A stretch of DNA of 64,000 bases from Octopus sinensis (GCF_006345805.1 NC_043009.1:55490001-55554000); one strand, 5' to 3'; positions 12,900 through 26,203 are shown, numbered from the stretch's first letter. Numbers and translations are program-made. The notes: generated by a model from the letters alone, not told the origin.

Positions 12900-13031
12900 C
12901 TTTTAAAAGTGGACGCAGCATTTCCCAGATGAAGAAAACATTACACGCTTCTTTGTCATCTGGTTTGTAAGGAAATTCTTTATGGCGCCATTTATATGAG
13001 AGCACAGCTCCTCTGTGTGGACATTTTATTC
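12900..13031 (-). CDS. NRPS-like gene, coding exon 4 (A4 region)
   Basis: ttccttctAG acceptor, G|GTATGT donor; 132 nt, phase 1-1; GIKCPHRGAVLSYKWRHKEFPYKPDDKEACNVFFIWEMLRPLLKG. Confidence 0.95.
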
Positions 13032-13529
13032 CTAGAAGGAAAACATGTATGATGATAATAAAACTAATGCTTTCAAGTTTTGGCACAAAGGCAGAATTTT
13101 TATAAGGGGAGGTGGGAAAGTCAATTACTTGGATCCCAGTACTTGACTGATAATTTATTTTATTGGCCCTGAACAGACGGTGAACATACAGTGAACATAC
13201 CCTGAACATATTGTGTACATACAAGTGTGGACTTTCAATGTAGATTCAAGATGACTTGTTTCAAGCAAATAGTTTAAAATGTGTTATAATTTAAATATTT
13301 ATTCAAAATTTAGCATTTAATACTTATTCTATATTTGGATGTGTGGTTAAGAAGTTTGCTTTCCAACTACATGGTTTGGGTTCAGTCCCTCTGTGTGTCA
13401 TATAGGCAAGTGTCTTCTACTATAGCCCCTGGCTGACCAAAGCCTTCTGAGCAAATCTAGAAAGTGGAAACTGAAAGAAGCCTGTCATATATCATCATCA
13501 TTACCACTTGATGCTCATTTTTCCATGCT

Positions 13530-13930
13530 AGTGATCACTAGTGATGGCGACGTTATGCCTCCATTCATCATCCCACACAGCCTCAGACTCAACACGGAAG
13601 CCTACATCAAGTGCCTGGAGGAGGTTGTGCTGCCCTGGGTCGAGGGGGTGACTGCTGGAAGACCCTGTCTGGCAATAGGACTCTGCACCATGCCACACAA
13701 GGAGGAAAACCTAATCATGGCTGTCAGACAATTTCTGCAACCACATCACCCCTAACATCTGGCCACCTAACTCCCCAGACTGTAACCCCCTTGATTATTA
13801 TGCATGGAGTGCTGTTGAGCAAGAGACCAACAAGACTCCTTGTAACACCAAAGATGAACTGAAGGCAGGGATTATAGCAGCATCCACCAACTTAAACAAG
13901 GAAAATTTCCAAAAGAGTTGTCTGGAGATT
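13530..13930 (+). pseudogene. Tc1/mariner (maT-like) transposase 3' fragment
   Basis: GDVMPPFIIP...NTEAYIKCLEEVVLPW and, frameshifted, WPPNSPDCNPLDYYAW. Confidence 0.8.
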
Positions 13931-14027
13931 CCATCTATTAGTTTCATTCATGAAGCATTGGTTAATACAATTCTATAAGTGGAAGACATTTTTTTTGGAT
14001 TGCCATTAAGTGGGATAGAACTTAAAA

Positions 14028-14284
14028 ACTATGGAGTAAAAATTTTTGCCGACATAACATCAGTCCTGGTTTAGGATGAGTGTTGCTGTAATTTATCCCC
14101 AGGAGACATCATCTCCAGTTGGCTATACGACATGACCTGTGCTCTTATATTTTCAAACAAGGGAATCTAGCACCCTGTGTTGTACAGCCAGCTGGAGACG
14201 ATGTCTCCTGGGGCTAAATTACAGCAACATTCGTCCTAAACCATGACTGCCACGTTATGTTGGCAAAAATCTTTACTCCAAAGT
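14028..14284. mobile_element. MITE / foldback element
   Basis: ~110-bp imperfect inverted arms, ACTATGGAGTAAA... and ...TTTACTCCAAAGT. Confidence 0.75.
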
Positions 14285-15249
14285 ACTGTTACTGAAATTT
14301 AAAAATAGTAATTTTCTAACTTAAAACTATATGGTTATAAAGTGAATTTGCATCCCACGAATTAAAATAATTTATGAATCAGAGATAATATATGTTTTTT
14401 ATTTATTTATATGTAGTAATTAATATTAATAGTTTTAACCTTTAATTACAAAAATATTTTTAGAAATATTGTCTGAACTTTGACATTTTCTGATTAGATC
14501 TGTTGTTCTTCAAGGCATTTATGATTTCAGATATGTGTGATATGTGCATGCATGTTGCACACACACACACACATACATATTCACACACAGGCAACATACA
14601 TATATGAATGTATGTGTATAACAATTATTTTAGAGCTAGTTTGTCTATCTATAGGATATAGACAATAATATTTGTGATATCATGAATTGTAACTGAATTG
14701 GATTCAAATCTGGGTAAGATGACATTGTAAAATAAGCAAAATGACCTGCTAATATACTTAGGCAAATTGCCACATATTTGGCCAATAGAAAATAACAACA
14801 CTGGTGCACAAACAATATATTAGATCCAACATGGGATATGTCAATTCTACTGTTGGGCAGATAGCTACATGTGCATGTGTCTGTCTGTCTGTCTATATAT
14901 CTATCCAGCAATGTATCTATCTATCTACATACCTGCCTATCTACACACCCAAACTCATTTGATTTATCTATTCATCCATGCCTGCATGCATCCATCTATC
15001 TATTAAGTTCATTGAAAAGGAATTTTTTTTACTTCAGGGCTTGAGTTTCATGCCACTGTGATCTTCAGGTGAGAACTGTAACATTCAGTCAAGACTATTT
15101 TGTCAAATATTTTCATCCCTTTTGCAAGGTCTCAGGGTATGATTTAAAGGAAAATCAGCAGCTATTTCTAACAGGTTAAACAATGATAGTAAAGATGACA
15201 ATAATGGTAGTAATAATGAGGAAAAATTTCCTCATAACAGCAAATATGG

Positions 15250-15670
15250 GTGTGTGATATAGAAACTTGCTTTGCAACCCTGTGGTTTGGGTTCAGTCCC
15301 ACAGCATGGCATCTAGAGCAGCAAGTAACTTCTGCTATAGCCTCAAGCTAACGATGCCTTGTGAATGAATTTCCAACTGTTTGGAAGCCCATCGCATATA
15401 TGTCTCTGTGTGTAGGGGGAGTGGGGGAGTGTGTGTGTGTGTGTGTGTGTTTGTGTCTGTTTACCCCACTGCTTCATGACCAGTGTTAGTTTGTTTGTAT
15501 CCATGTAACTTAGCAGTTCAGCAACAGAAACCGATAGAGTAAATACAATACTTGAAAGATAAAATTAAGTACTGGAATCGATTTGCTAGACTAAACTCTT
15601 TAAGGTGGTACCCCAGCATGGCCACAGTTCAATGACTGAAACAAGTTAAGGATAAAACATGAAGATAAAA
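15250..15670 (+). mobile_element. Diverged SINE family A
   Basis: GGTTCAGTCCC head and GACTGAAACAAG tail. Confidence 0.65.
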
Positions 15671-15779
15671 GAGAACTATTCGATCATATCTTCAGTCCCC
15701 CTGGCTTTCATGACAATGCTGATCTTAAATGGGTTGAATGGAAGGATGTAGAGGAAGAGTGGAGTAACAGTAGCATTAC

Positions 15780-15917
15780 CTTTTGGTTTGCCTGTTGTCC
15801 CTGATGAATATGCTACATATGCCAGGTTACTCCAGTCCATTGATACGGGTTTCAAGGGTTTAGAGTCCTTCAACTGAAGAAGTTCATTGATGTCCACAAT
15901 GACTACATCGGCATTTT
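15780..15917 (-). CDS. NRPS-like gene, coding exon 3 (A3 P-loop)
   Basis: polyT-gcAG acceptor, G|GTAATG donor; 138 nt, phase 1-1; ENADVVIVDINELLQLKDSKPLKPVSMDWSNLAYVAYSSGTTGKPKG. Confidence 0.95.
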
Positions 15918-16003
15918 CTGCAAAAAAAAAAGAAAGGTGAAGAAATTTAATAAAAATCAACAACAGCAGCAGCAGAGGCGGTAGCAGCAGCAGCAGCAGC
16001 AGC

Positions 16004-16046
<43 letters not shown>

Positions 16047-16051
16047 GGAGG

Positions 16052-16420
16052 AAATGAGAATTACAGGATCCTGTGGGACTTCCTCAGAAAAACTGACCAT
16101 ACATTTAAAGAAAGAAGACCAGATATTATTATCGAGGTCAAAATAGACAAACAATGTAAGATTGTAGATTTTGCAATTCCCCTATGATAGCAGAGTTGAT
16201 ACCGTAAAAGTTTTAAAAATTGGGGAATATCAGGATCTAGCCAGAGAACTGAGGAAACTGGAAGACTAAGACAACAATTATCCCTGTGGTAATTGGTGCA
16301 CATGGCACATCATAAAACATGTCTACAAGACTAAAAGAATTTGAAAGTGAAACTTGCATTGTGATCCTACAGAAACATACCATGCTTTATTCTGCAAGAG
16401 TCCTATGAAAGATTCTTGTG
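16052..16420 (+). pseudogene. REL-endonuclease LINE 3' fragment (R4/Dong/NeSL-like)
   Basis: NENYRILWDF...ERRPDII...YQDLARELRKL with stops and frameshifts. Confidence 0.7.
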
Positions 16421-16484
16421 ATTCTTGTTGCCACCTAACCTCAAGATAAAATTCCTGCTAATTAAATTAGAACGTACTAGCTTA

Positions 16485-16493
16485 ATGATAATA

Positions 16494-16586
<93 letters not shown>

Positions 16587-16610
16587 TAATAATAATAATA
16601 ATAATAATGA
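16485..16610. repeat. (AAT)n microsatellite
   Basis: Direct inspection. Confidence 0.95.
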
Positions 16611-16611
16611 T

Positions 16612-17425
16612 AGAAGTTGCAGGAAAAAATAGGTGGGAATGGCTGAAGAAAGGATCCCTAAAAAAAGAGACTGAGAGCACTATACTGGCAGTGCCAGACC
16701 AAGCTTTGGCCAACCTTAGGAATGAGCAAGTGTCTCCGCTGTGCCGCATCTGCAATAGAGTGGATGAAACCATTGCCCATATTACGAACAAATGCTCCAG
16801 ACGTGCCCAAAGCCACTACAAGGTGTGACAACATGACCAGGCAGTGAAAGTGCTACATTGGAAACTGTGTGAAAAGTGGGGGCTAGAGAGAGGCAAGACA
16901 TGGTGTGAGCACAAACTGCAGAGAGTGGCAGAGTCAGAGACGAGTAAAATCTTCTGGGATTTCCCAATCCAAACAGATCAGATGCTAAAGCATAACAGGC
17001 CAGATCTAATGGTGGTGGACAAGGTGTACCACATATGCTATATAGTTGACATTGCATGCCCCTTTGACCCATGAATAGTCAAGAAGGAAGGTGAAAAGAT
17101 AAATAGATACAACCTACGAAATAGCCCTGTTATGGAAAATGAGGAAGGTAAAGATAGTGCCAATTATTGTTGGGTCCTTGGGAACAGTATCAGAAGGCAT
17201 CAAGAGGAATATAAACAAAATTGGAATAGAGTGCCTAGTAGAACTCTAACAAAAGGTTTGCCTCCTTGGCACAGCCAGAATAATCAGGAAAGTATTAGAT
17301 AGCTGAAAAGAGTGATAGCGTGGTACTGTAGGCTGCAGGTAGTAAGCCCACTACACATGCAAGACTCCAGGAGTGCCAACAAAACCTGTGATAAAGCGAT
17401 AATAATAATGATAACAACAACAATA
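16612..17425 (+). pseudogene. REL-endonuclease LINE 3' fragment with CCHC knuckle
   Basis: PLCRICNRVDETIAHITNKC; WDFPIQTD...HNRPDL...VDIACPFD; IVGSLG; AAT-rich tail. Confidence 0.85.
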
Positions 17426-17735
17426 ACAGATTGTGATTTAGGTACAGGACCAGCGGTTTTAATGGAAACCATATAGCTGATACAGTTGATCCTGACTGTG
17501 CACTTCCAGATGATGTATTTAAAGAGGCATCAATGTTGTCTACTTGTAATATTTGGCAAGAAACCGACAGTAACATTCTGACCAGCTACATGCTATAATC
17601 AGTAACATATTGCTTGATTTTATATATATATATATATATGAGGATTTTATTGTTTATAATAATATCAATGGCTTAGCATGCGTAAAAACACTCATAAAGG
17701 TAAATATTATCAATTAATAATTAAGGGTACTAACA

Positions 17736-18227
17736 GGAAGTACCAGCATGCTAACTTAGCAGTCAAAATGATCAAACCACAAGTTTTCACCTAAACACAA
17801 AGGTGAAAGCAGGCAAATAAAAAAAACTTTAAGACCCTGTACCAATGACGAAAATAATCGAAAATTGAAAAAGTCAGACATAACCATATCACTGAGATTT
17901 CAGACTTTGAGAAATACCCTTAGTTCATCCTTAGCGAGTCTTACTGACCTCAGAGTTGAAGAGTGCGATATTTCACAGGTTGGTTGAGAGGAACAAACTC
18001 TTCAACCCTGGGGTCAATAACATGTGCTGAGGATGATCTAAGGGTATTTCTCAAAGTTCAAAATCACAGTGATATGAGTATGTCTGACTTTTTCAATTTT
18101 TGATTATTTTTGTCATTGGTACAGGGTCTTAGGGTTTTTGTTCATTTTCCCTGCTTTCATCTCTGTGTTTAAGTGAAAACTTGTGGTTTAGTAATTTTGA
18201 CTGCTATGTTAGCATGCTGGTACTGCC
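17736..18227. mobile_element. ~490-bp MITE / foldback element
   Basis: Arms AGTACCAGCATGCTAAC... and ...GTTAGCATGCTGGTACT, imperfectly complementary over ~200 bp. Confidence 0.8.
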
Positions 18228-18295
18228 TACAAGTAGATTGTAGGTGATTTTTTCCTCTCTGCCTTCCTTTTCTTTTGGACTTGCATCTGTCTCCT

Positions 18296-18330
18296 GTTTC
18301 TGAAGAAGAGCTTTGCTTGAAATGTAAAAC
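18296..18330 (+). ncRNA. Minimal hammerhead-like motif in Penelope-LTR-like repeat
   Basis: GTTT CTGAAGA A GAGC-TTT-GCTT GAA ATGT A AAAC. Intact core, GUA triplet, wobble pairs. Confidence 0.55.
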
Positions 18331-18457
18331 CACTTTTTCCTTTCCCTGAGCGTCTGTTAATACTTTGCAAGTACCATGTCCTTGCATTGTTGTTTTTTCT
18401 TCTTGTGTTTCTTCTTTGTTTTTTTTTAATGAATTACATATACACACACACACACAC

Positions 18458-18530
<73 letters not shown>

Positions 18531-19508
18531 AATAAATGAAAGAATGGAGTCGAACGAAGATGCTAACAATATTCCTTTACTCTCGAATTTTCCATGCTGA
18601 CAATAAACATAGGATAATTCATTCACCTACTTAAATATATATATATATAAAGCTTTAGATATAGATACACACATACACATATATATGTGTGTGTGTGTGT
18701 AAGAATAGGAACAAGTGGTAAGAATGTGGTAAGAATTTTTCTTCCCAACCACCTGGTTCTGTGTTCAGTCCTGCTGTGTGGCTCCTTGGGCTAGTAGAAG
18801 TATATCTATTGTATGGAAGAATAACTGCAACCTTCCCATTCTTATAAAAACCATGCCACAATAGTTACCAACATCACTGAGATACACATTGATCCTTGTA
18901 TACTACTTAAAGTGGGATAAATACCAACTTGTGTCTTTCAATACATACCATCATCCATAAGATGAAAACGTAACAAACCTACGACTAACTACACTTGAGA
19001 TTCTAACCCTGGCATTGATGTTTTCTGCAGGCTATCAGTTGTTTGATTAGCTGTCCATTCAAAAAAACACCCATCTACTCTTCACGCCATCCTAGACTGC
19101 ATATGCATTGCAGTTATGGACTGCAGATACAATCAATATGCCTAAATAGAATATATAATCAGAGGCTACACAATGTACACGGAATTCTTGATGTGATGTT
19201 GATTCAAGCCATTTTGTTGTTTCACTATTATATTGTGTGATTGTACTTGCTCCCTCTGCTTCTTCATAACATCCTTGTGTATGTGTGTCCAATTTATCTA
19301 TCTGTATCTACATAGTTGCATATCCATGCACAGTCCTATACATATATGTGTGTCTGTTCATATACATTTATATAGATGTGGTAGTTTATATGTACAGAAG
19401 TGTGTTTGAGTGTATGTGTGAGTATATAAACCCATGAATATGTGCCAACAGACGTATGCTAACATAACTATGTATGTATGTTTGCATGTATATATATATA
19501 TATATATA

Positions 19509-20728
19509 TTGGGTCATCCCATAAATAATGCAGTTTTTTAGGGGTCAGGATAAACTACCTGCATCAACTTGTTATAAAATCAGATAGTAATTTTACCTTG
19601 TTCTTATTTTTAGTGCACGTTTTGAAGAGTTCAGTTCAATTTTAACAGTTATTTTTACAAAGCTATAATGGAAGTGACAGAGGAGCATATTCAGCATACC
19701 TTGTTTTATGAGTTCAATAAAGGCAACAATGCAATGGAAAGTGCAAGGAATATTAATGCAGTATATGGAGATCGGACAATAAGTGTAAACCAGTGTCAAT
19801 GGTAATTCCAGAAATTCCGAGCAGGAAACTACAGCCAAGAAGATGAGCCTTGTCCTGGAAGATCTGAAGAACTCAACAAGGACGTCCTGCAAACCCTAAT
19901 GGAACAAAATCTCATCATAACCGTTGAGCAACTAGCAGAGAAGCTTCAACCATTGATTGACACCTTGTGTGCCATTGGGAAAGTCAGCAAATTAGGTCTA
20001 ATCGCATGCAGAGAATGAATGTGTGTTCTTTCTTGATGTTATCTCTCACAAATGAACCTTTATTGGACTGAATAGTGACTGGTGATGAGAAATGGGACCT
20101 CTATAAAAATGTCAAGCTCTGAAGACAATGGGTAGGGAAAGGAGAAACACAGGCACCCCAGGCTAAAGAAGGTTTTCACCTACGTAAGGTGTTGTTATCC
20201 GTTTGGTGGGATATGAAAGGTTTAGTCCTCTTTGAACCTTTAAACCCAAACCAAGTGGTAACAAAGGAGATTTACTGTGAGCAACTTGAGAGAACTTAAG
20301 TCAGCACTCGAAGAAAAACGACCATCTTTGGTTTCAAGTCGAAAGGTGTTCTTCTATCAGGATAATGCTTGGCTACATTCAATGAGGATGACATTCCAAA
20401 GGCTAGAACAATTTGAATGGGAAACGATGCCTCACCCACCATATTTGCCAGATATTGCCTCATCTGATTACCATTTATTACGCTGTCTTCAAAATCTTTT
20501 GAACAGAAAAAATATGAATTCTGTAGATGAGGTCAGAACAGTACTGGAGGAGTATTTTTTGTCATGGACAAGGGAATTTTGGAAGAGGGTCCTTGCAAGT
20601 CTACCAGATAGATGGAAGAGCATTGTAGAAAATGAAGTAGAGTATATTTTAGATTAAAAAAGAAGTTTGTTTATCTTAATTTTGAAAAATAAAAGCAGTA
20701 TAAAAAAGACGCATTATTTATGGGATGA

Positions 20729-20730
<2 letters not shown>
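19509..20730 (+). mobile_element. Near full-length degenerate mariner (DD34D-type)
   Basis: TIRs GGTCATCCCATAAATAATGC (19512-19531 and 20711-20730). Transposase 19668-20657 with IVTGDEKW, QDNA and YLPDIASSDYHL motifs; stops and frameshifts. Confidence 0.9.
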
Positions 20731-20824
<94 letters not shown>

Positions 20825-20834
20825 GTATATACAC

Positions 20835-20995
20835 TCACGGAGTGGTTGGCAATTAGGAAGGGCATCCAGCTGTAGAAACATTGCCAAATTAGACTGGAGC
20901 TTGGTGCAGCCTTCTGGCTTCCAGAACCCCGGTCGAACCGTCCAACCCATGCTAGCATGGAGAACGACGTTAAACGACGACGAGATGATGATGAT
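20835..20995 (+). mobile_element. Family C 3' end
   Basis: Family C consensus with GAT tail. Confidence 0.75.
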
Positions 20996-21031
20996 GTATA
21001 TATATATATATTATATATAATATATATATAT

Positions 21032-21086
<55 letters not shown>

Positions 21087-21088
21087 TA

Positions 21089-21132
<44 letters not shown>

Positions 21133-21862
21133 CAGGGTGCAATGGATAAATTGTCACCATTTTATATTTTTAATTTCATGCATGCACAATGTTTGCTTTT
21201 GATTTTGTTGACTACACAGTATAGCAGAGAAAACAACACCATGATGCACTTCACTCTGCCAGAAATTTGGAAATGACATGCTGTACTGTTTCGCATTTGT
21301 GCCAGGAGTGCCAATATGATCCCTTCAGAGTGTTTGGGTGTCAATCTGAGGACAGTGCAGAGGATTCGGAAAGAGTGGGATGAGTCCAAGGGTGATTATG
21401 AAGGTACAGCAGCTCAGAAAACTCACTCTGGCCATTCTGATAAGAAAAGAACTCCTGAATTTGTGGGTGAGATCCAGGCCATGATTGACAACGATCCCGC
21501 CAAGTCAATCAGGTCCATTACCAGGGACATGAGAGTGTCTGAGTTTCTTATCAGGCAGGTAGTGCATGAAGACATTTGATATTCCTCATACAAGATGAGA
21601 AAGGGCCAATTGTTATCCCAAGCTATCAAGGACAAAAGTAAAGACTGTGATATGAAGCTTTTAAACAAACTCAAGCATACCCTCCAACCAAACATGCTTT
21701 GGTTTTTCTCAGATGAGAATAATTTCTGCCAGGATCAGATGGTGAACACACAGAACAACCATTGGCTTTCCATGTCCCCAAAACATGTACCGAGAGTGAT
21801 AAAAATCAAAATTCCAGTCAACATCATATCATGGTGTTTGGAGTGATCACTAGTGATGGCAA
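21133..21862 (+). pseudogene. Tc1/mariner (maT-like) 5' fragment
   Basis: TA|CAGGGTG start; HTH-like region VNLRTVQRIRK; WFFSDENNFCQDQ (first catalytic D). Confidence 0.8.
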
Positions 21863-22373
21863 TGTATACTTAGCAATATAACTTCGAATGTGAGCATATG
21901 TTTGTGTTAGTATGTATGAGTGTATGTCAGTATCTGTGTCTTTATTTATGAGTGTACAATTGCTACAAGTATGCCAGCCAGACCCAGTGGAGTGCACTAC
22001 AGAATCTGTGACTCTTCACCAAGTAGTAGCATATTACTGGCCAGTAATAGGCACCAACTTTATTAATACCTACTTAATTCTGTGTGCGAGTGTGTGCACA
22101 CCAGACCACTTGTGTGTGTGTGCTTGTATGTGCATTTGTATGAGTGAGTGTACGTACACCAGACCACGTATGTGTGGGCGTTTGTACACCCACATCTATT
22201 AACAGCTATATATAATAATTATTTTTGCTATATTGTGTATTTGTTTCTTTTTGTATCTCATCTTTGTTACAGATATTCTATAAGCTGTATCCCTTAATTT
22301 GTCATTATACGAAGACCAAGAGGAAACCATGCTGAAATAAGTTGTGTGAAACGGTTTATTTTGATAAGATACC

Positions 22374-22491
22374 TATTGAGATCACCTGAGGAAACATATC
22401 TACACTGAAGGATAGGCCTAAAACAGTTGTACAGCATCCCAACCACACAGGAGTGATGCTATATGGGTGGAAACGATTGTAGTGATCAATA
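22374..22491 (+). ncRNA. Type I hammerhead-like motif with long stem II insert
   Basis: GATCAC CTGAGGA [77 nt, CATAT/ATATG] GAA AC-GATT-GT A GTGATC AATAAAA; homologous to 25490-25595. Confidence 0.6.
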
Positions 22492-22831
22492 AAAATCCTC
22501 ATATCTCCCATCTTCCATCTCTCTCATCAATTACATACCCAATGAACACTGAGCCAGTGAACTTGCTTTACCAGCATACACGAAACAGGGATAACTGAAG
22601 AAGGGGAATTTTTCTTGTGTTGTATGTCTTGTACTCTGTTTTTTCGATTTTTAAAAAAATAGTTCGTTTCCATGTTTTTGCTTTTATGTTTTCGTTTCTC
22701 ATTGTGTTCAACATTTTTTTGATGTCCTGTACCCATATATGCATGTATATATACATATAAATGTAGGTATATACATATATGTATGTATATATGCATATAT
22801 TTATATATTATTTATATATATATATATATAT

Positions 22832-22970
<139 letters not shown>

Positions 22971-23149
22971 ATATATATGTATGTATATAGTAAAAAGGGA
23001 GAGAGGAAGAGAAAGAGCATGAGTGAGAGAGAAGAGGGAGAAAATGGAACTGTGTCAGAAGATATAAGATATAAGTACGACTTCACAGAGTAACTAAAAT
23101 AATAATAATAATAAAAAAATGAGAAAGATCATAGAAATAAGAATTTTAC

Positions 23150-23266
23150 CGGGAAGCCTGCTCCTGAGTTGCTGTGTACTAAGTGCACATTTTGGTTCTG
23201 CTTCTTCAATAATGGATTTTATTAGGTGTTCAGGATAAGAAATATCTAAAGGTAAGTAAGCGCCAC
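23150..23266 (-). CDS. NRPS-like gene, coding exon 2 (absent from ORF track)
   Basis: ttgctttcttttAG|GTGGCGCTTAC...CTTCCCG|GTAAAA; 117 nt, phase 1-1; GAYLPLDISYPEHLIKSIIEEAEPKCALSTQQLRSRLP completes the LKAGGAYLPLD motif. Confidence 0.95.
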
Positions 23267-23339
23267 CTAAAAGAAAGCAAGACGAAGAAATATAGATTAA
23301 GATTTGAAAATAATATTGTCATTTTGTGGGCTATTAATC

Positions 23340-23750
23340 TTACTTATACTCTTTTACTTGTTTCAATCATGTGACCGTGGCCAAGCTGGAGCACCGCCTT
23401 TAGTCGAGCAAATCGAACCCAAGACTTATTCTTTGTAAGCCTAGTACTTATTCTATCGGTCTCTTTTGCCGAACTACTAAGTCACAGGGACGTAAACACA
23501 CCAGCATCGGGTGTCAAGCGATGTTGTGGGACAAACACAAACACACAAACATATACACACACATACATACATAATACATATATACAACGGGCTTCTTTTA
23601 GTTTCTGTCTACCAAATCCACTCACAAGGCTTTGGTTGGCCTGTGGCTATAATAGAAGACGCTTGCCCAAGGTGGCATGCAGTGGGACTGAACCTGGAAC
23701 CATGTGGTTCATAAGCAAGCTACTTACCACACAGCCACTCCTATGCCTAT
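23340..23750 (-). mobile_element. SINE family A
   Basis: Full reverse-complement consensus. Confidence 0.85.
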
Positions 23751-23785
23751 GAGAAATTTGTTTGTCATCCAGTGTATAAGTGTGT

Positions 23786-24235
23786 ATGAGGTGTGTTCAA
23801 AAGGTACCAACTTTATTTTACCCCCAAAACTAACGCAGCATGAGCAAAATCCTTTGGGTTGGAGGTGATACCACCCTTCCTGTACATCTGAACATTTTCA
23901 TGCTGGTAGGCCATGTCAGCTCGTGGCTGTTATGCTTAGAGTACAAATGTGCTCTAGGCATAACGGCCAGGATTTTCATTGTTACTGAATGCATTAAGCA
24001 GAGATATTACACTAAGTTTTGCCAAAAGCTTGGTGAGACTGAAGCTCAAATAATCCACAAGATTCAGCAGGCCTTTGGTGACAATGTCATGGGCAAAACT
24101 CAGATCAAGGAGTGGTACAACTGCTTTAGACATAGCCGTACCTCAGTGGAGAGTGAGGCATGCTCAGGTAGGCTGTCAGCAAGCCAAAATGAGGAGCCAG
24201 TTGAGAATAGTGACAAGAAGGCCATCATGTAACAA
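23786..24235 (+). pseudogene. Mariner 5' fragment (TIR plus HTH)
   Basis: TATGAGGTGTGTTCAAAA terminus; QRYYTKFCQKLG...QIKEWYNCF...SGR. Confidence 0.8.
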
Positions 24236-24265
24236 TCCAGGAAATTACTCATGAATTGGGAATAA

Positions 24266-24668
24266 GCGCAAGAGTGGCTGTGTGGTAAGTAGCTTGCTTA
24301 CCAACCACATGGTTCCAGGTTCAGTCCCACTGCGTGGCATCTTGGGCAAGTGTCTTCTGCTATAGCCTCGGGCTGACCAAAGCCTTGTGAGTGGATTTGG
24401 TAGACGGAAACTGAAAGAAGCCCGTCGTATATATGTATATATATATGTATGTGTGTGTGTCTGTGTTTGTCCCCCTAGCATTGCTTGACAACCGATGCTG
24501 GTGTGTTTATGTCCTCCGTAACTTAGCAGTTTGGCAAAAGAGACCGATAGAATAAGTACTAGGCTTACAAAGAATAAGTCCTGGGGTCGATTTGCTCGAC
24601 TAAAGGCGGTGCTCCAGCATGGCCGCAGTCAAATGACTGAAACAAGTAAAAGAGTAAAAGAGAGAGAG
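24266..24668 (+). mobile_element. SINE family A
   Basis: Full consensus. Confidence 0.85.
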
Positions 24669-25060
24669 TAAGCACATGATCAATGCATTCCATCTTAATT
24701 AGTTTTGAATGTACTTCATATTTCAGGTTTTTCTTTAGATATAATGAATTCCAGTGCATGTTTAGTTGTATACCCTGCACATAAGACACTTGATGAAAAT
24801 CGCAGATCAAATAGATTGATGTGTAGATGCAAATATATAAAGAATTTTTTATTTTTATAGATTAGCTTAATAGTCTGGAAAATTATGTCTTAAGTGTGGA
24901 CATAACTGTGTGGTTAAGAAGCTTGCTTTGCAACCACATGGTTTCATGTTCAATCCTATTGTGCAGCACTTTCAGCAAATGTCTTCTACTGTAGCCCCAG
25001 GCCAACAAATGCCTTATGAGTGAATTTGGTAGATGAAAACTATGGAAGCTTGTTATATAG

Positions 25061-25117
<57 letters not shown>

Positions 25118-25216
25118 AAAGGTAAAGGGGAAAGACCCCCTTTGGTCATAAATGACCATGGGATTGCACCTAGAAAGTTATCCTAAACCTTGCTAATAAT
25201 AATAATAATAATAATA

Positions 25217-25251
<35 letters not shown>

Positions 25252-25418
25252 ATATATATATACATAAAAGGTAAAGGGGAAAGACCCCCTTTGGTCATAA
25301 ATGACCATGGGATTGCACCTAGAAAGTTATCCTAAACCTTGCTAATAATAATAATAATATATATATATATATATATATATACTACAAAATTAGAAAATGG
25401 AGAAACCAACCCCTATCT

Positions 25419-25451
<33 letters not shown>

Positions 25452-25489
25452 ATGTCTGTTGCAGTTATTTTAACGAGTTGTATTTATTT

Positions 25490-25595
25490 ATCACCTGGTG
25501 AGACACATCTGCACTGCCGGATGATCCTGAACCAGTTGTTGAGTGTCCCACCCATAAGGGATCGATGCTAGGTGTGTCGAAACAATTGTCGTGAT
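25490..25595 (+). ncRNA. Type I hammerhead-like motif with long stem II (A6G core variant)
   Basis: ATCAC CTGGTGA GACACATCTGCA...TGCTAGGTGTGTC GAA ACAATTGT C GTGAT; palindromic stem III, GUC site. Confidence 0.65.
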
Positions 25596-25956
25596 TAATA
25601 ATAAATTCTTGTATATACCATCTTCCATTTTTCATTTGCTATATAATATATATAATATTTCCATCAGACTGAGTCACTGCAAGGTGGGTGTGGGTGGGTC
25701 TCTTGCTGACTATTTTGTATCTGGGTAAATTATTCCATGTGGAATAAGGTTTCCTAAGGTTGGAGCTCAGAACCTTATGATCGGTAACCTGAAATCTTAA
25801 ATTCACACCAACACAAAGCATATCCCTTCCATATTCTTGGGAAAGCCATGAATGTTACAACTTTTCCTTTTTATAAACTTGTTTTAATCTAAATAATTCA
25901 AGAAACTGATTAGAAATAAATTTTTGTTTAGAAATAAATTGTTTTGTTTTACATAC

Positions 25957-26203
25957 CTGCTTTTAATATGGCTAAATAGGAGACAGTAAATTCCAGACTT
26001 TTTTCCAAATAAATAGCCACTGATGAATTTGGTACCACACCTTTACTTTGAAGAATATTTGCCAAAACATCTGTGCACTGATCCAGTTCTTGAAAAGTGA
26101 TTGTCTCTCCTTTGATGCCATGTACAGCAATATTGTAAGGTGTCCTTTTCGCTTGCTCTCGAAAGAGCTCGTGCAATAAACGTTGTTCAGATTGGGAAGC
26201 CAT
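25957..26203 (-). CDS. NRPS-like adenylation-domain gene (ATRR-like), coding exon 1
   Basis: MASQSEQRLLHELFREQAKRTPYNIAV...LAILKAG. ATG at 26203 has an in-frame TGA 6 nt upstream. Acceptor ttacAG precedes 26224, so 26224-26204 is UTR. Donor G|GTATGT, phase 1. Confidence 0.95.

Noticed and set aside
14645-14911. Possible extra exon in intron 3
   Set aside because: Exons 3 and 4 already join seamlessly (KPK-G-IKCPHR); no A-domain similarity.
15918-16044. Poly-Leu 'signal peptide' upstream of exon 3 in ORF 15676-16044
   Set aside because: Intronic (TGT/TGC)n repeat upstream of the acceptor; exon 2 joins 15917 in the correct phase.
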